Positions 50,845 to 60,265 of a DNA stretch of 64,000 nucleotides are shown here, piece by piece (position 1 is the first letter of the stretch; every line of letters starts with the position of its first letter). The translations under genes and the position numbers were made by a program. Location: positions 1 through 64,000 of the forward strand of contig CAWGVS010000003.1 of assembly GCA_963826115.1 (NCBI GenBank), given 5' to 3'. The notes under the pieces are model-generated. The model searched no databases. It had not been told where the DNA came from and saw nothing but the letters and a program-made list of their open reading frames with translations. This DNA is from an uncultured Candidatus Rokubacteria bacterium. GTDB taxonomy: Bacteria; Methylomirabilota; Methylomirabilia; Rokubacteriales; DASRDR01.

Positions 50845-50944
50845 GGCGATCCCCCCGGCGCGGTATGCTTCCGCACGCGGATTATAGCGCCGCCCTGACG
50901 CGCGGCGCGGGAGGAACGGATGGGCGTCCGGCCCGGTTCGCAGG

Positions 50945-52360
50945 ATGCTGCTGCTCGGGATCGCGCGCGGAGGGCTGCCGCAGCGGGACGGTCGCCGGAA
51001 GCGCGTGGTCGTCGTCGGCGCGGGGATGGCAGGGCTCGTCGCCGCGTGGGAGCTCGCGCGCGCCGGCCACGATCCGGTCGTGCTCGAGGCGCGGGCGCGG
51101 GTTGGGGGGCGCGTCCACACGCTCCGCGAGCCCTTCACCGACGGGCTCTACGCCGAGGTGGGCGCGATGCGCATCCCTCGCACCCACGACCTCACCCTCG
51201 CCTACTGCGAGCGGTTCAAGCTCCGCCTGACGCCCTTCACGGCGAGCAATCCGCAGGCCTACGTGTTCCTCGGCGGCCACCGCTGGCGCCTCGGGGAGGT
51301 GCAGACGAACCCGTCGTGCCTGCCGTTCGCGCTCGAAGACCGGGAGTGCGGCCGCACGGTGGACGCCCTGTGGACCGACGCGATCGCGGGCTTCACGGAC
51401 CGGATCGCCCGCGAGGGCGACGCCGCCTGGGACGCCATCGTCCGGCAATGGGACCACTGCTCCACCCGCGAGTTCCTCGAGGAATGCCGCTGGTCCGAGG
51501 GCGCCATCGAGGCCTTCGGCCTCCTCCAGTTCCAGGAAGCCCTCATGAACTCGTCCTTCCTGGAGCTCCTCCGCGAGGAGGTCACCCGGTGCTACGTCGA
51601 CCTGGTCGAGATCGAAGGCGGGATGGACCGGCTGCCCGGCGCCTTCGTTCCCGAGCTCCGGACCCGGATCCGGTTCGGCGCCAAGATGATCGCCCTCGAT
51701 CAGGACGAGCGCTCGGCGACGGTGCACTACCAGACGGCGGCCGGCCGGTTCCGCGAGACGGCCGACCACGTCCTCGTGACCGTGCCGTTCGCGGTGCTCC
51801 GCCACGTCGAGACTCTCAAGCCGTTCTCCCCGGCCAAGCAGCGGGCCATCCGGCAGCTCCACTACGACGCGGCGGCGAAGATCCTCTTGCAGTGTCGCCG
51901 GCGCTTCTGGGAGGAGGACGACGGCATCCACGGCGGGGGAACGGTGACGGACCTGCCCATCCGCGCCCTCTACTACCCGGACCACGGCCGCGAGACCGGC
52001 CGCGGGGTGCTGCTCGCGAGCTACACCTGGTCGGAGGACGCCCAGCGGTGGGGCTCGCTCTCGCCCGTCGACCGGGTCGCCCAGGCGCTCGAGAACGTCG
52101 CGCTCATCCACCCCCAGGTGACGCAGGAGTTCGAGGTGGGCGCGTCCCACATGTGGCACCAGGACGAGTTCGCCGGCGGGGCGTTCGCCCTCTTCGACCC
52201 CGGCCAGCAGACGCGCCTCTACGGCGCGATCGTCGCGCCCGAGGGGCGCATCCACTTCGCGGGCGAGCACGCCTCCCACGCCCACGCCTGGATCCAGGGC
52301 GCCGTCGAGTCAGGCCTCCGCGCCGCCCTCGCGATCCACCTGGACGGAGCGGGGTCCTGA
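50945..52360 (+). CDS. flavin monoamine/L-amino-acid oxidase
   Basis: VGAGMAGL, EARARVGGRVHT, EVGAMRIP, FAGEH..WIQGAVESG. Confidence 0.92.
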   Translation: MLLLGIARGGLPQRDGRRKRVVVVGAGMAGLVAAWELARAGHDPVVLEARARVGGRVHTLREPFTDGLYAEVGAMRIPRTHDLTLAYCERFKLRLTPFTASNPQAYVFLGGHRWRLGEVQTNPSCLPFALEDRECGRTVDALWTDAIAGFTDRIAREGDAAWDAIVRQWDHCSTREFLEECRWSEGAIEAFGLLQFQEALMNSSFLELLREEVTRCYVDLVEIEGGMDRLPGAFVPELRTRIRFGAKMIALDQDERSATVHYQTAAGRFRETADHVLVTVPFAVLRHVETLKPFSPAKQRAIRQLHYDAAAKILLQCRRRFWEEDDGIHGGGTVTDLPIRALYYPDHGRETGRGVLLASYTWSEDAQRWGSLSPVDRVAQALENVALIHPQVTQEFEVGASHMWHQDEFAGGAFALFDPGQQTRLYGAIVAPEGRIHFAGEHASHAHAWIQGAVESGLRAALAIHLDGAGS

Positions 52361-53272
52361 CGGCCTGAGCGCGCGGCCCCCCGTCCCGGGCGTCGCCCGG
52401 CCAAGCCGGCGGCGGGCCCCGTGCGACACGAGCTCCCGCAGGGCCTCGACCGCGCGCGACCGATCCCCGCGCCGCCAGATCAGCGACGTCGTCAGCCGCC
52501 AGGGCCGCTTCTCCAGTCGGTGGGTCCTCACCGAGTCCCGCGCGCTCGACGTCGCGAGGACGGACCTCGGCGCCAGCGCGTAGCCGACGCCGGCCGCGAC
52601 GCAGGCGAGCATGGCGTGGTACGAGGCGACCTCGAAGGTTCGCGGGGGCCGGACGCTCTGCGCGCCGAGCCACGCCTCGATGCAGGCGCGATACGTGCAC
52701 CCGCCTCCGAAGGCGACCAGGGTCCTCCCCCGGAGGTCGCCCGCGCCCCGGCACCGGCGCATCGATGGATGCGTGACGAGCACGAGCTCCTCCACGAAGG
52801 CGGGATCGCCGGCGAGGGCCGGATCCGTCATGTCGCCGCTCACGAAGGCCGCGCTCAGGTCGCCCGCGCGCACCTGCCGGACGAGGGCGCCCGAGGTCCC
52901 GATCGTCAGGTGGACCTCGAGCGCGGGGTGCTCCGCGTGGAGCGCCGAGAGCAGGCGCGGCAGGTGCACCGCCGCGGTGCTCTCCATGGCCCCGACCCGG
53001 AGGCGGCCGCGGGGCGACGCCGCGGAGAGGTCCGCCTGCGCTTCCTCCGCGAGGGCGAGCAGCCGGTCCGCATAGTCCATGAGCCGTCGGCCTTCCGCCG
53101 TCAGGGACATGCCGCGCCGGCCGCGGACGAAGAGGGACACGCCGAGCTGGGCCTCGAGCCGCTTCACCCGGGCAGTCACGTTCGACTGGACCCGGTGGAG
53201 GCGCTCCCCGGCCCGCGTGACGCTGCCGGCCTCGGCCACGGTCTTGAAGAGGGCGAGGTCGGAAAGCTCCAT
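52310..53272 (-). CDS. LysR-family regulator (YneJ/PtrR-like)
   Basis: GSVTRAGERLHRVQSNVTARVKRLE, LRVGAMESTAA, GCTYR, SYHAMLACVAAG. Confidence 0.9.
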   Translation of the reverse strand: MELSDLALFKTVAEAGSVTRAGERLHRVQSNVTARVKRLEAQLGVSLFVRGRRGMSLTAEGRRLMDYADRLLALAEEAQADLSAASPRGRLRVGAMESTAAVHLPRLLSALHAEHPALEVHLTIGTSGALVRQVRAGDLSAAFVSGDMTDPALAGDPAFVEELVLVTHPSMRRCRGAGDLRGRTLVAFGGGCTYRACIEAWLGAQSVRPPRTFEVASYHAMLACVAAGVGYALAPRSVLATSSARDSVRTHRLEKRPWRLTTSLIWRRGDRSRAVEALRELVSHGARRRLGRATPGTGGRALRPSGPRSVQVDREGGAEA

Positions 53273-53278
53273 TCTGCG

Positions 53279-53325
53279 TTCTCCTGACGAGATGGCTAGC
53301 TTCACAAAGATTCATTTTACGAGAA
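53279..53325. promoter_or_regulatory. LysR operator pair
   Basis: TTCTC-N5-GAGAT (53279-53293) and TTCAT-N5-GAGAA (53311-53325) in the divergent intergenic region. Confidence 0.6.
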
Positions 53326-53397
53326 CGCTTTCCGGGGGCAAGGTGGAGCTCGGGGCGGCGCCACGGCGGCGTGGACGGCGCCCCGGAGGAGGAACGG

Positions 53398-54483
53398 ATG
53401 GCAGTCCGGACAGCGCTGACGGACCGGCTCGGCATGCGCCACCCCGTCATCCAGGCGCCCCTCGCCGGCGGCGGCGACACGCCCGACCTCGTGGCGGCGG
53501 TCGCGGAGGCGGGCGCCCTTGGCTTTATCGGCGGCGCGTACCTCACGCCCGCGCAGATCGTCGAGTCGTTCCGCGCGGTCAAGGCCCGGACTCACCGCCC
53601 GTTCGGGATCAACCTCTTCGCGCCGCTCCCGGCGCCGGCGCTGCCGAGGGGCAGCGCGAGGGCCCTCGAGCGCCTCCGGCCCTACTACGCCGAGCTCGAG
53701 CTGCCGGAGCCCGAGACCCCGGCGCCGGCACCCGGCGCCTTCGAGGCGCAGCTCGCCGCGGCTCTCGCGTCGGGCGCCGCGGCGTTCAGCTTCACGTTCG
53801 GCCTCCTGCCCGACGACGCGATCGGCGCCATCAAGGCCCGCGGCATGCTCCTCGTCGGCACCGCGACGACGGTCGAGGAGGCGATCACCCTCGAGCGCGC
53901 CGGCGTGGACGCCGTGGTCGCGCAGGGCGCCGAGGCGGGCGGACATCGTGGCACGTTCCAGGGCTCGTTCGAGTCGGCCATGGTCGGCACGATCGCGCTG
54001 GTCCCGCAGGTCGTCGACGCGGTGGGGGTCCCAGTCATCGCCTCCGGCGGGATCATGGACGGGCGCGGGATCGCCGCCGCGCTCGCCCTCGGGGCCTCCG
54101 CCGTCCAGATGGGGACGGCCTTCCTGGCCTCGGACGAGGCCGGCGTCCCGGAGGCCTACAAGCGGGCGATCGCGGAGGCGCGCGAGGATGCCACCCGGCT
54201 CACGCGGGCGTTCTCGGGCCGGCCCGCGCGCGGCATCGCGAACCGCTTCATGACCGAGATGGAGACGGCGGCGGGGGACGACATCCTTCCGTTCCCATAC
54301 CAGAACGCCCTGACGCGCCCGCTTCGGACCGCGGCCGCTCAGAAGGGTCGCGCCGAGTACCTGTCGCTCTGGGCCGGCCAGGGGCTACGGCTCGCCCGTC
54401 GTGGCCCGGCAGCGGCGCTCGTGGCGCGGCTGGCGGCGGAGACCGACGAGGCGCTGGAAGGGCTCGGCCGGCGGCGGGGCTGA
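53398..54483 (+). CDS. nitronate monooxygenase family flavoprotein
   Basis: PVIQAPLAGG, FGINLF, QGAEAGGHRG, SGGIMDG, MGTAFL, TRAFSGRPARG, LWAGQ. Confidence 0.92.
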   Translation: MAVRTALTDRLGMRHPVIQAPLAGGGDTPDLVAAVAEAGALGFIGGAYLTPAQIVESFRAVKARTHRPFGINLFAPLPAPALPRGSARALERLRPYYAELELPEPETPAPAPGAFEAQLAAALASGAAAFSFTFGLLPDDAIGAIKARGMLLVGTATTVEEAITLERAGVDAVVAQGAEAGGHRGTFQGSFESAMVGTIALVPQVVDAVGVPVIASGGIMDGRGIAAALALGASAVQMGTAFLASDEAGVPEAYKRAIAEAREDATRLTRAFSGRPARGIANRFMTEMETAAGDDILPFPYQNALTRPLRTAAAQKGRAEYLSLWAGQGLRLARRGPAAALVARLAAETDEALEGLGRRRG

Positions 54484-54532
54484 GGCCGGGACGGACGGTC
54501 GGCGGCGGCCCGCGCGCCGCCGCTGGCCGCGC

Positions 54533-55555
54533 TCAGAACCAGCGACGCTTGTCGACGACCGTGGCGAGAGACTCGCCCCGCGCGAAGCGGCGAACGTTGT
54601 CCAGGAGGACCGCCAGGTGGCGCTCGGCGATCCTCGGTGAGTTGCCGGCGACGTGCGGCGTCAGGATCACGTTCGGCATCCGCCAGAGCGGGTGGTCCGA
54701 CGGCAGGGGCTCAGTCTCGTACACGTCGAGCCCGGCGCCGCCGAGCTCGGCGGCCCGGAGGGCGGCGACCAGGTCGCCCAGGTCCACGATCGCCCCGCGC
54801 CCGATGTTGATCAGGTAGGCGCTCGGCTTCATCTGGCGGAACTGCGCCCGCCGGAACATCTTCGCCGTCTCGGGGGTGTGGGGCGCGGCGATCACGACGA
54901 AGTCGCTCTCCCCGAGGAGGTCCGGCAGCCGGTCCAGGCGCCAGAGCGCCGCGATCCCGGTCGGCGCCGTCGCCTGCACCGGGTCCACCGCGAGGACCCG
55001 CATCCCGAACGCCAGACCGCGCCGCGCGATCTCGGAGCCGATCTGACCCAGGCCCACCACGCCGAGGGTGGAGTCCGCGAGGTGGAGGTGCGAGCGGTCG
55101 ACGGCGCTGACATGCGCGGGGCCCGTGACGAACCCTGACCGCTCCAGCGTGTCGCCCGCGCTCTCCGGCTTGCCGCCGACCGGCGCCCACCGGGCGTCCA
55201 GCTGGTTGCGGATGTAGTGGTGGAAGTTGCGCGCGAAGCAGAGGACGTAACCGAACACGTGGTCCGCGATGACGTCCGAGTAGAGCCCCCGCATGTTGGT
55301 GAGGGCGCACGGGTGCTCCACGAGCGCGGGGAACATGTAGTGCTCGAGGCTGGCCGTCGGCGCCTGCACCCAGCGGAGCCGCCGGGCCGCGCCGAGGAGA
55401 TCGGGAGTGATCTTGCCGTAGAAGGCGTCGGCGTCGCCGAGCGCGGCGCGGGCCTCCGCCTCGTTCGCGGCGTTGACGACGGTCATGGGACGGGCGGCCT
55501 CGACGATCTTCGCGAGGCGCTCGGGCTCGACGGGCGGATAGAGGACGAGCTTCAC
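54533..55555 (-). CDS. D-2-hydroxyacid dehydrogenase
   Basis: VVGLGQIG, APHTPET, INIGRG, LDVYETEPL, LTPHVAG; GTG start overlaps the ATP-grasp stop. Confidence 0.92.
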   Translation of the reverse strand: MKLVLYPPVEPERLAKIVEAARPMTVVNAANEAEARAALGDADAFYGKITPDLLGAARRLRWVQAPTASLEHYMFPALVEHPCALTNMRGLYSDVIADHVFGYVLCFARNFHHYIRNQLDARWAPVGGKPESAGDTLERSGFVTGPAHVSAVDRSHLHLADSTLGVVGLGQIGSEIARRGLAFGMRVLAVDPVQATAPTGIAALWRLDRLPDLLGESDFVVIAAPHTPETAKMFRRAQFRQMKPSAYLINIGRGAIVDLGDLVAALRAAELGGAGLDVYETEPLPSDHPLWRMPNVILTPHVAGNSPRIAERHLAVLLDNVRRFARGESLATVVDKRRWF

Positions 55556-56844
55556 GCGCAGGGCTCCTTGGTGTCGGCGGTGTCCGGGGTCGTGGTCGTG
55601 CCCGCCGCGCCGGCCGGGCCGATGTCGAAGTCGAGGCGCTCGTGGGCGGCCCGCAGGGCGCCCTCCACCGCCTCGGGGGAGTCCGCCCGGGCGAGGATGA
55701 AGCCGAGGTAGCGCGAGCCTTCGGGGAGCGGGACCAGCTCCTGGCCGACGTGCGCGCTGATCGTGACGTCCTCGATCCCCGGCACGGCGAGGGCCGCGTC
55801 CCGGCCGCCAGCGGCCCGCAGCACGCCGCCGCGGGGGATCGGGATCATCATCACCCCGGCCGGCTGACGCTCGCGCTCGAGCGAGTCCAGCTCGATGCCG
55901 AGCGCGTGGCGGATGACCAGCTCCTCCAGCGACACGCCCGCGCCGAACCGGAGCGTGCGCGAGCAAAGCCCGCCGATCGTGCGAGCGGCGACCTCGACCA
56001 CCCACGGCCCGCGCTCGTTGACGCGGAGCTCCGCATGCACCGGCCCCTCGGTGAGTCCGAGCGCCCGGGCGGCCCAGCGCGTCTCGGCGGTGATCGCCAC
56101 CTGGACGTCGGCCGGGAGGCGCGAGGGCGTCACGTAGATCGTCTCCTCGAAGTACGGACCGTCGAGCGGATCCGGCTTGTCGAAGAGCGCGAGGACGTGG
56201 AGCTCCTCGCCGATCAGGAGGCCCTCGAGCGCGACTTCCTTCCCCGGCACGAACTCCTCGACCAGGATCTCCGTGGCGCCCTCGCCGAGACCCGGCGTGT
56301 CGAGCGAGGCGAGGATGGCCGCGATCCGTCGGAACGCGACCACGAAGGCCGCCGGATCGTCCGCCCGGATCACCCCGCGGCTCCCGGCGAGAATCGTGGG
56401 CTTCAGGACGACCGGGTAGGCCGCGCGGCCGGCGGCGTCCTCCGGGTCGTCCGACACCTCGAGAAGCGTGAAGCGGGGCGACCGCACACCGGACCTCGCG
56501 AAGGCCTCGCGCATCCGGTGCTTGTTCCGCGTGGTCGAGACGGCGCCCAGCGGGCTCGAGCGGAGGCCGAGGCGCTCGGCGATCGCGGCGCCGACGACGG
56601 TCGTCCGGTCGTCCACGGGCACCACCGCGTCGATGCGATGCCGCCGGCTGAACTCCGCCACCGTCCGCGCCGCCTTCTGGGGATCATCGAAGTCGAGCGT
56701 GACGAGGTTGTCCGGCAGCGCCGCCTCGAGGACGTTCGGGCGCTCGGACGCCACCACCATCTCGACGTCGAGCTTCGCGGCCGCGGCGACGAAGTCCTCG
56801 GTCCGGTAGGTCGTGGTCGGGATCAGGAGGAGGAGGCGGAGCAC
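55552..56844 (-). CDS. ATP-grasp ligase
   Basis: NKHRMR, PVVLKP..GSRGVIRAD, EEFVPG.E, HAELR, EVAAR.IGG. Confidence 0.9.
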   Translation of the reverse strand: MLRLLLLIPTTTYRTEDFVAAAAKLDVEMVVASERPNVLEAALPDNLVTLDFDDPQKAARTVAEFSRRHRIDAVVPVDDRTTVVGAAIAERLGLRSSPLGAVSTTRNKHRMREAFARSGVRSPRFTLLEVSDDPEDAAGRAAYPVVLKPTILAGSRGVIRADDPAAFVVAFRRIAAILASLDTPGLGEGATEILVEEFVPGKEVALEGLLIGEELHVLALFDKPDPLDGPYFEETIYVTPSRLPADVQVAITAETRWAARALGLTEGPVHAELRVNERGPWVVEVAARTIGGLCSRTLRFGAGVSLEELVIRHALGIELDSLERERQPAGVMMIPIPRGGVLRAAGGRDAALAVPGIEDVTISAHVGQELVPLPEGSRYLGFILARADSPEAVEGALRAAHERLDFDIGPAGAAGTTTTPDTADTKEPCA

Positions 56845-56914
56845 GGGGTCAGGCCCTTACGTCGACGACAGGACGACCGCCCGCGGGTGCGACGGCGTCG
56901 AGGCCCGACCGGAG

Positions 56915-57205
56915 TCAGGCCTTCGACGGGGCGTAGTAGGGGTTCGAGCCGGAGGCGTGGTCCGTGGTGTCCAGGACCTCGGTGACCTCCGGGATCTCCT
57001 CGAAGATCATCCGCTCGATGCCGGCCTTCAGCGTCACGTCCGCCGCCCCGCAGCCCTGACAGCCGCCCGACATCCGGATGTAGACGGTCGACTCCTTGAC
57101 GTCGATCAGCTCGATGTAGCCACCGTGGCCGGAGACCGCGGGGTTGATCGCGGTGTCGAGCAGCTCCTGCACCTTGTCCTTGAGCCCCACACCTTCGTCC
57201 GCCAT
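56915..57205 (-). CDS. nfuA: NfuA/NifU C-terminal Fe-S carrier domain protein
   Basis: INPAVSGHGG, SGGCQGCG, TLKAGIE, DTTDHASGSNPYY. Confidence 0.88.
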   Translation of the reverse strand: MADEGVGLKDKVQELLDTAINPAVSGHGGYIELIDVKESTVYIRMSGGCQGCGAADVTLKAGIERMIFEEIPEVTEVLDTTDHASGSNPYYAPSKA

Positions 57206-57293
57206 CGCTTCCCTCCCTCGTGAGCGCGCCCCCTTCGGTGACGGGCGGGCCGCCTGACGTCATTCTACCCCAGGCCTCCGGCGCCCGTCTCCG

Positions 57294-58742
57294 TCAGAGC
57301 GCGCTTCCGACCGGCCGTCCGCGGAGGGCCAACTGGCCCTCGGTGGGCTCCGCTCAGCAGAACCAGGGCTCCGTGAGGTGCGGCGGGCGCGCCCGGTCCG
57401 GCCGGCGGAGCGCGTCGGCCAGCGGGCGGTGCGGCCGACCGGCGGTCGCGGCGGCAAGCGCCCGCACCCGGTCGAACGTCTCCGCCTCGTCGGCGTGCGT
57501 CTCGGCCGCCGCCTCCACCACCCGGGCCACGTCGGCCTGCAGGGCGTCCATCCGCGGGTCGGGATGGCGCCAGGCGTGGGAGAACGCGTCCTCCACGAGC
57601 GGCCCGAGGTGCGCTCGCATGCCCGGGTGGCGGGCGAGGAGGGATCCCGGAGGCACCAGGAGGCGCAGCGAGTACTGCACGGGATCCACCGCGTCCAGCA
57701 GGCTCTCCGCCTCCACGAAGTCGAGCATCGCCAGGTAGTCGTCGAGCGTCGTCCAGGGGGTGAACGCTACCCAGGTCGGGCGGAGCGGGAGCCCGGCCGT
57801 GCGCATGAGCCCGACCAGCTCGACCACGTCGGCGCCCGTGTGGCCCTTGTCGAGGTGGCCGAGCACGATATCGCTGAGCGACTCCACCGCCGAGACGACG
57901 AAGGCGCAGCCGAGGTCGCGGAGCTCCGGCAGCATGGCGCGGTGTCGCAGGAGGTGCTCGACCTTCGCGGTGACGTCGAAGGACAGGTGGGGGTGCGCCG
58001 CGTGGATCGCCCGGGCCACGGCCAGCGCGTGCCGGGGGCCGTTTAGGAAGTCGGGGTCCCCGATCGTCACGTGGGTGGCGCCCGCCTCGACGCACTGGCC
58101 GACGTCCGCCAGGACGACGTCCGGCGGCACGACGAAGAAGCGCCCGCCGTACACGGGCGGGATCGGGCAGTGGCGGCACAGGTGCTTGCACCCGCGGCTC
58201 GCCTCGACGTAGCCGACCAGCTCGTGGCGTCCGGCGCGCTCGAGCCGCGCGTACTGCTTGAGCGAGGGCAGCGCCGCGCGGCTCGGCCGCGGGAAGCGGA
58301 GGCGCGCGAGATTCGGGGCCGCCGGACGCGCGACCGTCCCGACGCCCTCCGGCGGGCTCCCGTCCGACTCGAGGGACTCGGCGAGCGCGACGAGCGGCGC
58401 CTCCGCCTCGCCCCCGATCACCGAATCGACGCCGTGGGCGTGGAGGTATTCGGCGTTCAGGTGGGCGTAGAGACCGTAGGCCGCCACGTGACACGTCGGA
58501 TTCACGGCCCGGACGCGGGCGATCAGCGCGCCGCCGACCCGCAGCGCGGTGTGCATCGGCACGGACACCGCCACCAGACGCGCGCGCGCCGCCTTGTCCG
58601 GATCGAACGGCTCGACGGACACGTCCATGACCGCCGGCGCGAAGCCGCGCGCCTCCAGGAACGCCGCGGCCCACGCGACGCCGAGGGGCTGGTGGCCGAG
58701 CTCGTAGCACGAGACCAGGAGGATCGCGCCGGGCTCCCGCAT
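57294..58742 (-). CDS. B12-binding radical SAM protein with predicted selenocysteine C-U-A-E-P tail (UGA at 57354-57356 read as Sec)
   Basis: SRGCKHLCRHCP motif; N-terminal cobalamin-type domain; TEPWFC-UGA-AEPTEGQLALRGRPVGSAL* in frame; hairpin directly after the UGA. Confidence 0.85.
57321..57353 (-). other. bacterial SECIS-like hairpin
   Basis: After UGA: GCGGAGCCCACC, then GAGGGCC-AGUU-GGCCCUC stem-loop; flanks GCG..CGC can extend the pairing. Confidence 0.75.
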
Positions 58743-58860
58743 CGCCTCCTACTCTACCCCCTCGCGGAGCCGGGCCCCGGCGCGTTGCCGGCCCGGGAGC
58801 CCTGGGCTACGCTGGCCCCCGGCGACCCCGACCCCGCGCGCGACCCCGAAGGAGGCCCTC

Positions 58861-59487
58861 ATGTCGAGCCCCGGCGATCCCGGCCCGATCCTGCGCGACG
58901 AGATGCTCCCCGCCCGTGGGCGGACGGCCTTCGCCGTCGAGCGCGGCCAGACGGTCCGCGTGATCGACGTGGACGGGCAGCAGGTCGCCGACTTCGTGTG
59001 CTTCCGGCGCCCGGACACGGCCGAGAAGCTCTCCGTCCACAACACGGCTCTCATCCAGGGGACGATCCACATCACGACCGGGCATCTCCTCCTGTCCGAC
59101 CGGTGCGGCACGCTCATGACGATCACCGCCGACACGTGCGGGCTGCACGACCTCCTGGCGGGCTCCTGCAGCGAGGGCACGAACCGCTGGCGCTACGGGG
59201 TGGCGAATACTCCCAACTGCCGGTCCAACTTCGAGGCGGCCCTCCGGCCCTTCGGGATCCCGCTCACGGAGGTGCCCTACAGCTTCAACATCTTCATGAA
59301 CGTGCCGATCGCCGATGGGAAGATCGGGATCCAGGCGCCCGTCTCCAAGGCGGGAGACTACGTGGACCTCCGGGCGGAGACGGACCTCCTCGTCGCGATC
59401 TCGAACTGCCCCCAGGAGCGCAACCCGTGCAACGCCTACACGCCGACGCGTCTCCGCGCAGTCGTATTTGGAGCGTCTCCGACGTGA
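58861..59487 (+). CDS. DUF1989/urea carboxylase-associated family protein
   Basis: GQQVADF, HDLLAGSC, NCRSNF, FNIFMNVP, ISNCPQ..NPCN; GGAGG RBS. Confidence 0.9.
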   Translation: MSSPGDPGPILRDEMLPARGRTAFAVERGQTVRVIDVDGQQVADFVCFRRPDTAEKLSVHNTALIQGTIHITTGHLLLSDRCGTLMTITADTCGLHDLLAGSCSEGTNRWRYGVANTPNCRSNFEAALRPFGIPLTEVPYSFNIFMNVPIADGKIGIQAPVSKAGDYVDLRAETDLLVAISNCPQERNPCNAYTPTRLRAVVFGASPT

Positions 59488-59515
59488 GAGGCGAGCGGGC
59501 GGAGCGGACGGCACC

Positions 59516-60265
59516 GTGAGCGCCCCCGCGTCCCCGGTGCGCTTCGTCGACCGCGGCGCCGCGCGGCTCGCGTACGTCGCCCAGCCCGGCGCGGGTCCCA
59601 CCGTCGTGTTCCTGGGCGGGTACGCGTCGGACATGACGGGGACGAAGGCGACCTACCTCGAGGACTGGTGCCGCGCGCGCGGGCACGCCTTCGTGCGGTT
59701 CGACTACCAGGGACACGGGCGCTCTTCGGGCCGACTCGCCGACGGCACGATCGGCGAGTGGCGGGACGACGCGCTCGCGATCATTGAGAAGTGCACGCGG
59801 GGCCCGCTGCTCCTCGTCGGATCGAGCATGGGCGCCTGGGTCATGCTGCTCGCCGCGCTCGCGATGCCGGATCGCGTCCACGCGCTGGTGGGCGTCGCGG
59901 CGGCGCCCGACTTCACCGAGGACCTCCTCTGGGCGCGGCTCGGCGAGGACCAGCGCGCCCGCCTCCGGCTTGACGGCGTCGTCCATGTCCCGTCCGCCTA
60001 CGGCGAGCCCATGCCCTTCACCTGGCGCCTCGTCGAGGACGGCCGGCGGCACCTCCTGCTCCGCGCGCCTCTCAGCCTGCCCGGCCCCGTCCGGCTCCTT
60101 CACGGAACCCGGGACGCCGACGTGCCCTGGGAGACGTCGATGCGCCTCGCCGAGACGATCCGGGAGCGCGACGTCACGCTGACGCTGGTGAAGGACGGCG
60201 AGCATCGTCTGTCGGAGCCGCACGAGCTCGCGCTCCTCGGCGCCACCGTCGGGAGCCTCCTCTGA
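59516..60265 (+). CDS. alpha/beta hydrolase
   Basis: GYASDMTGTKA, FDYQGHG, GSSMG, HGTRDADVP, GEHRLS. Confidence 0.9.
   Translation: MSAPASPVRFVDRGAARLAYVAQPGAGPTVVFLGGYASDMTGTKATYLEDWCRARGHAFVRFDYQGHGRSSGRLADGTIGEWRDDALAIIEKCTRGPLLLVGSSMGAWVMLLAALAMPDRVHALVGVAAAPDFTEDLLWARLGEDQRARLRLDGVVHVPSAYGEPMPFTWRLVEDGRRHLLLRAPLSLPGPVRLLHGTRDADVPWETSMRLAETIRERDVTLTLVKDGEHRLSEPHELALLGATVGSLL

Noticed and set aside
56915-57205. Selenocysteine in the NfuA CxxC (TlpA CVPC also checked)
   Set aside because: The codons are ordinary Cys codons; no in-frame UGA
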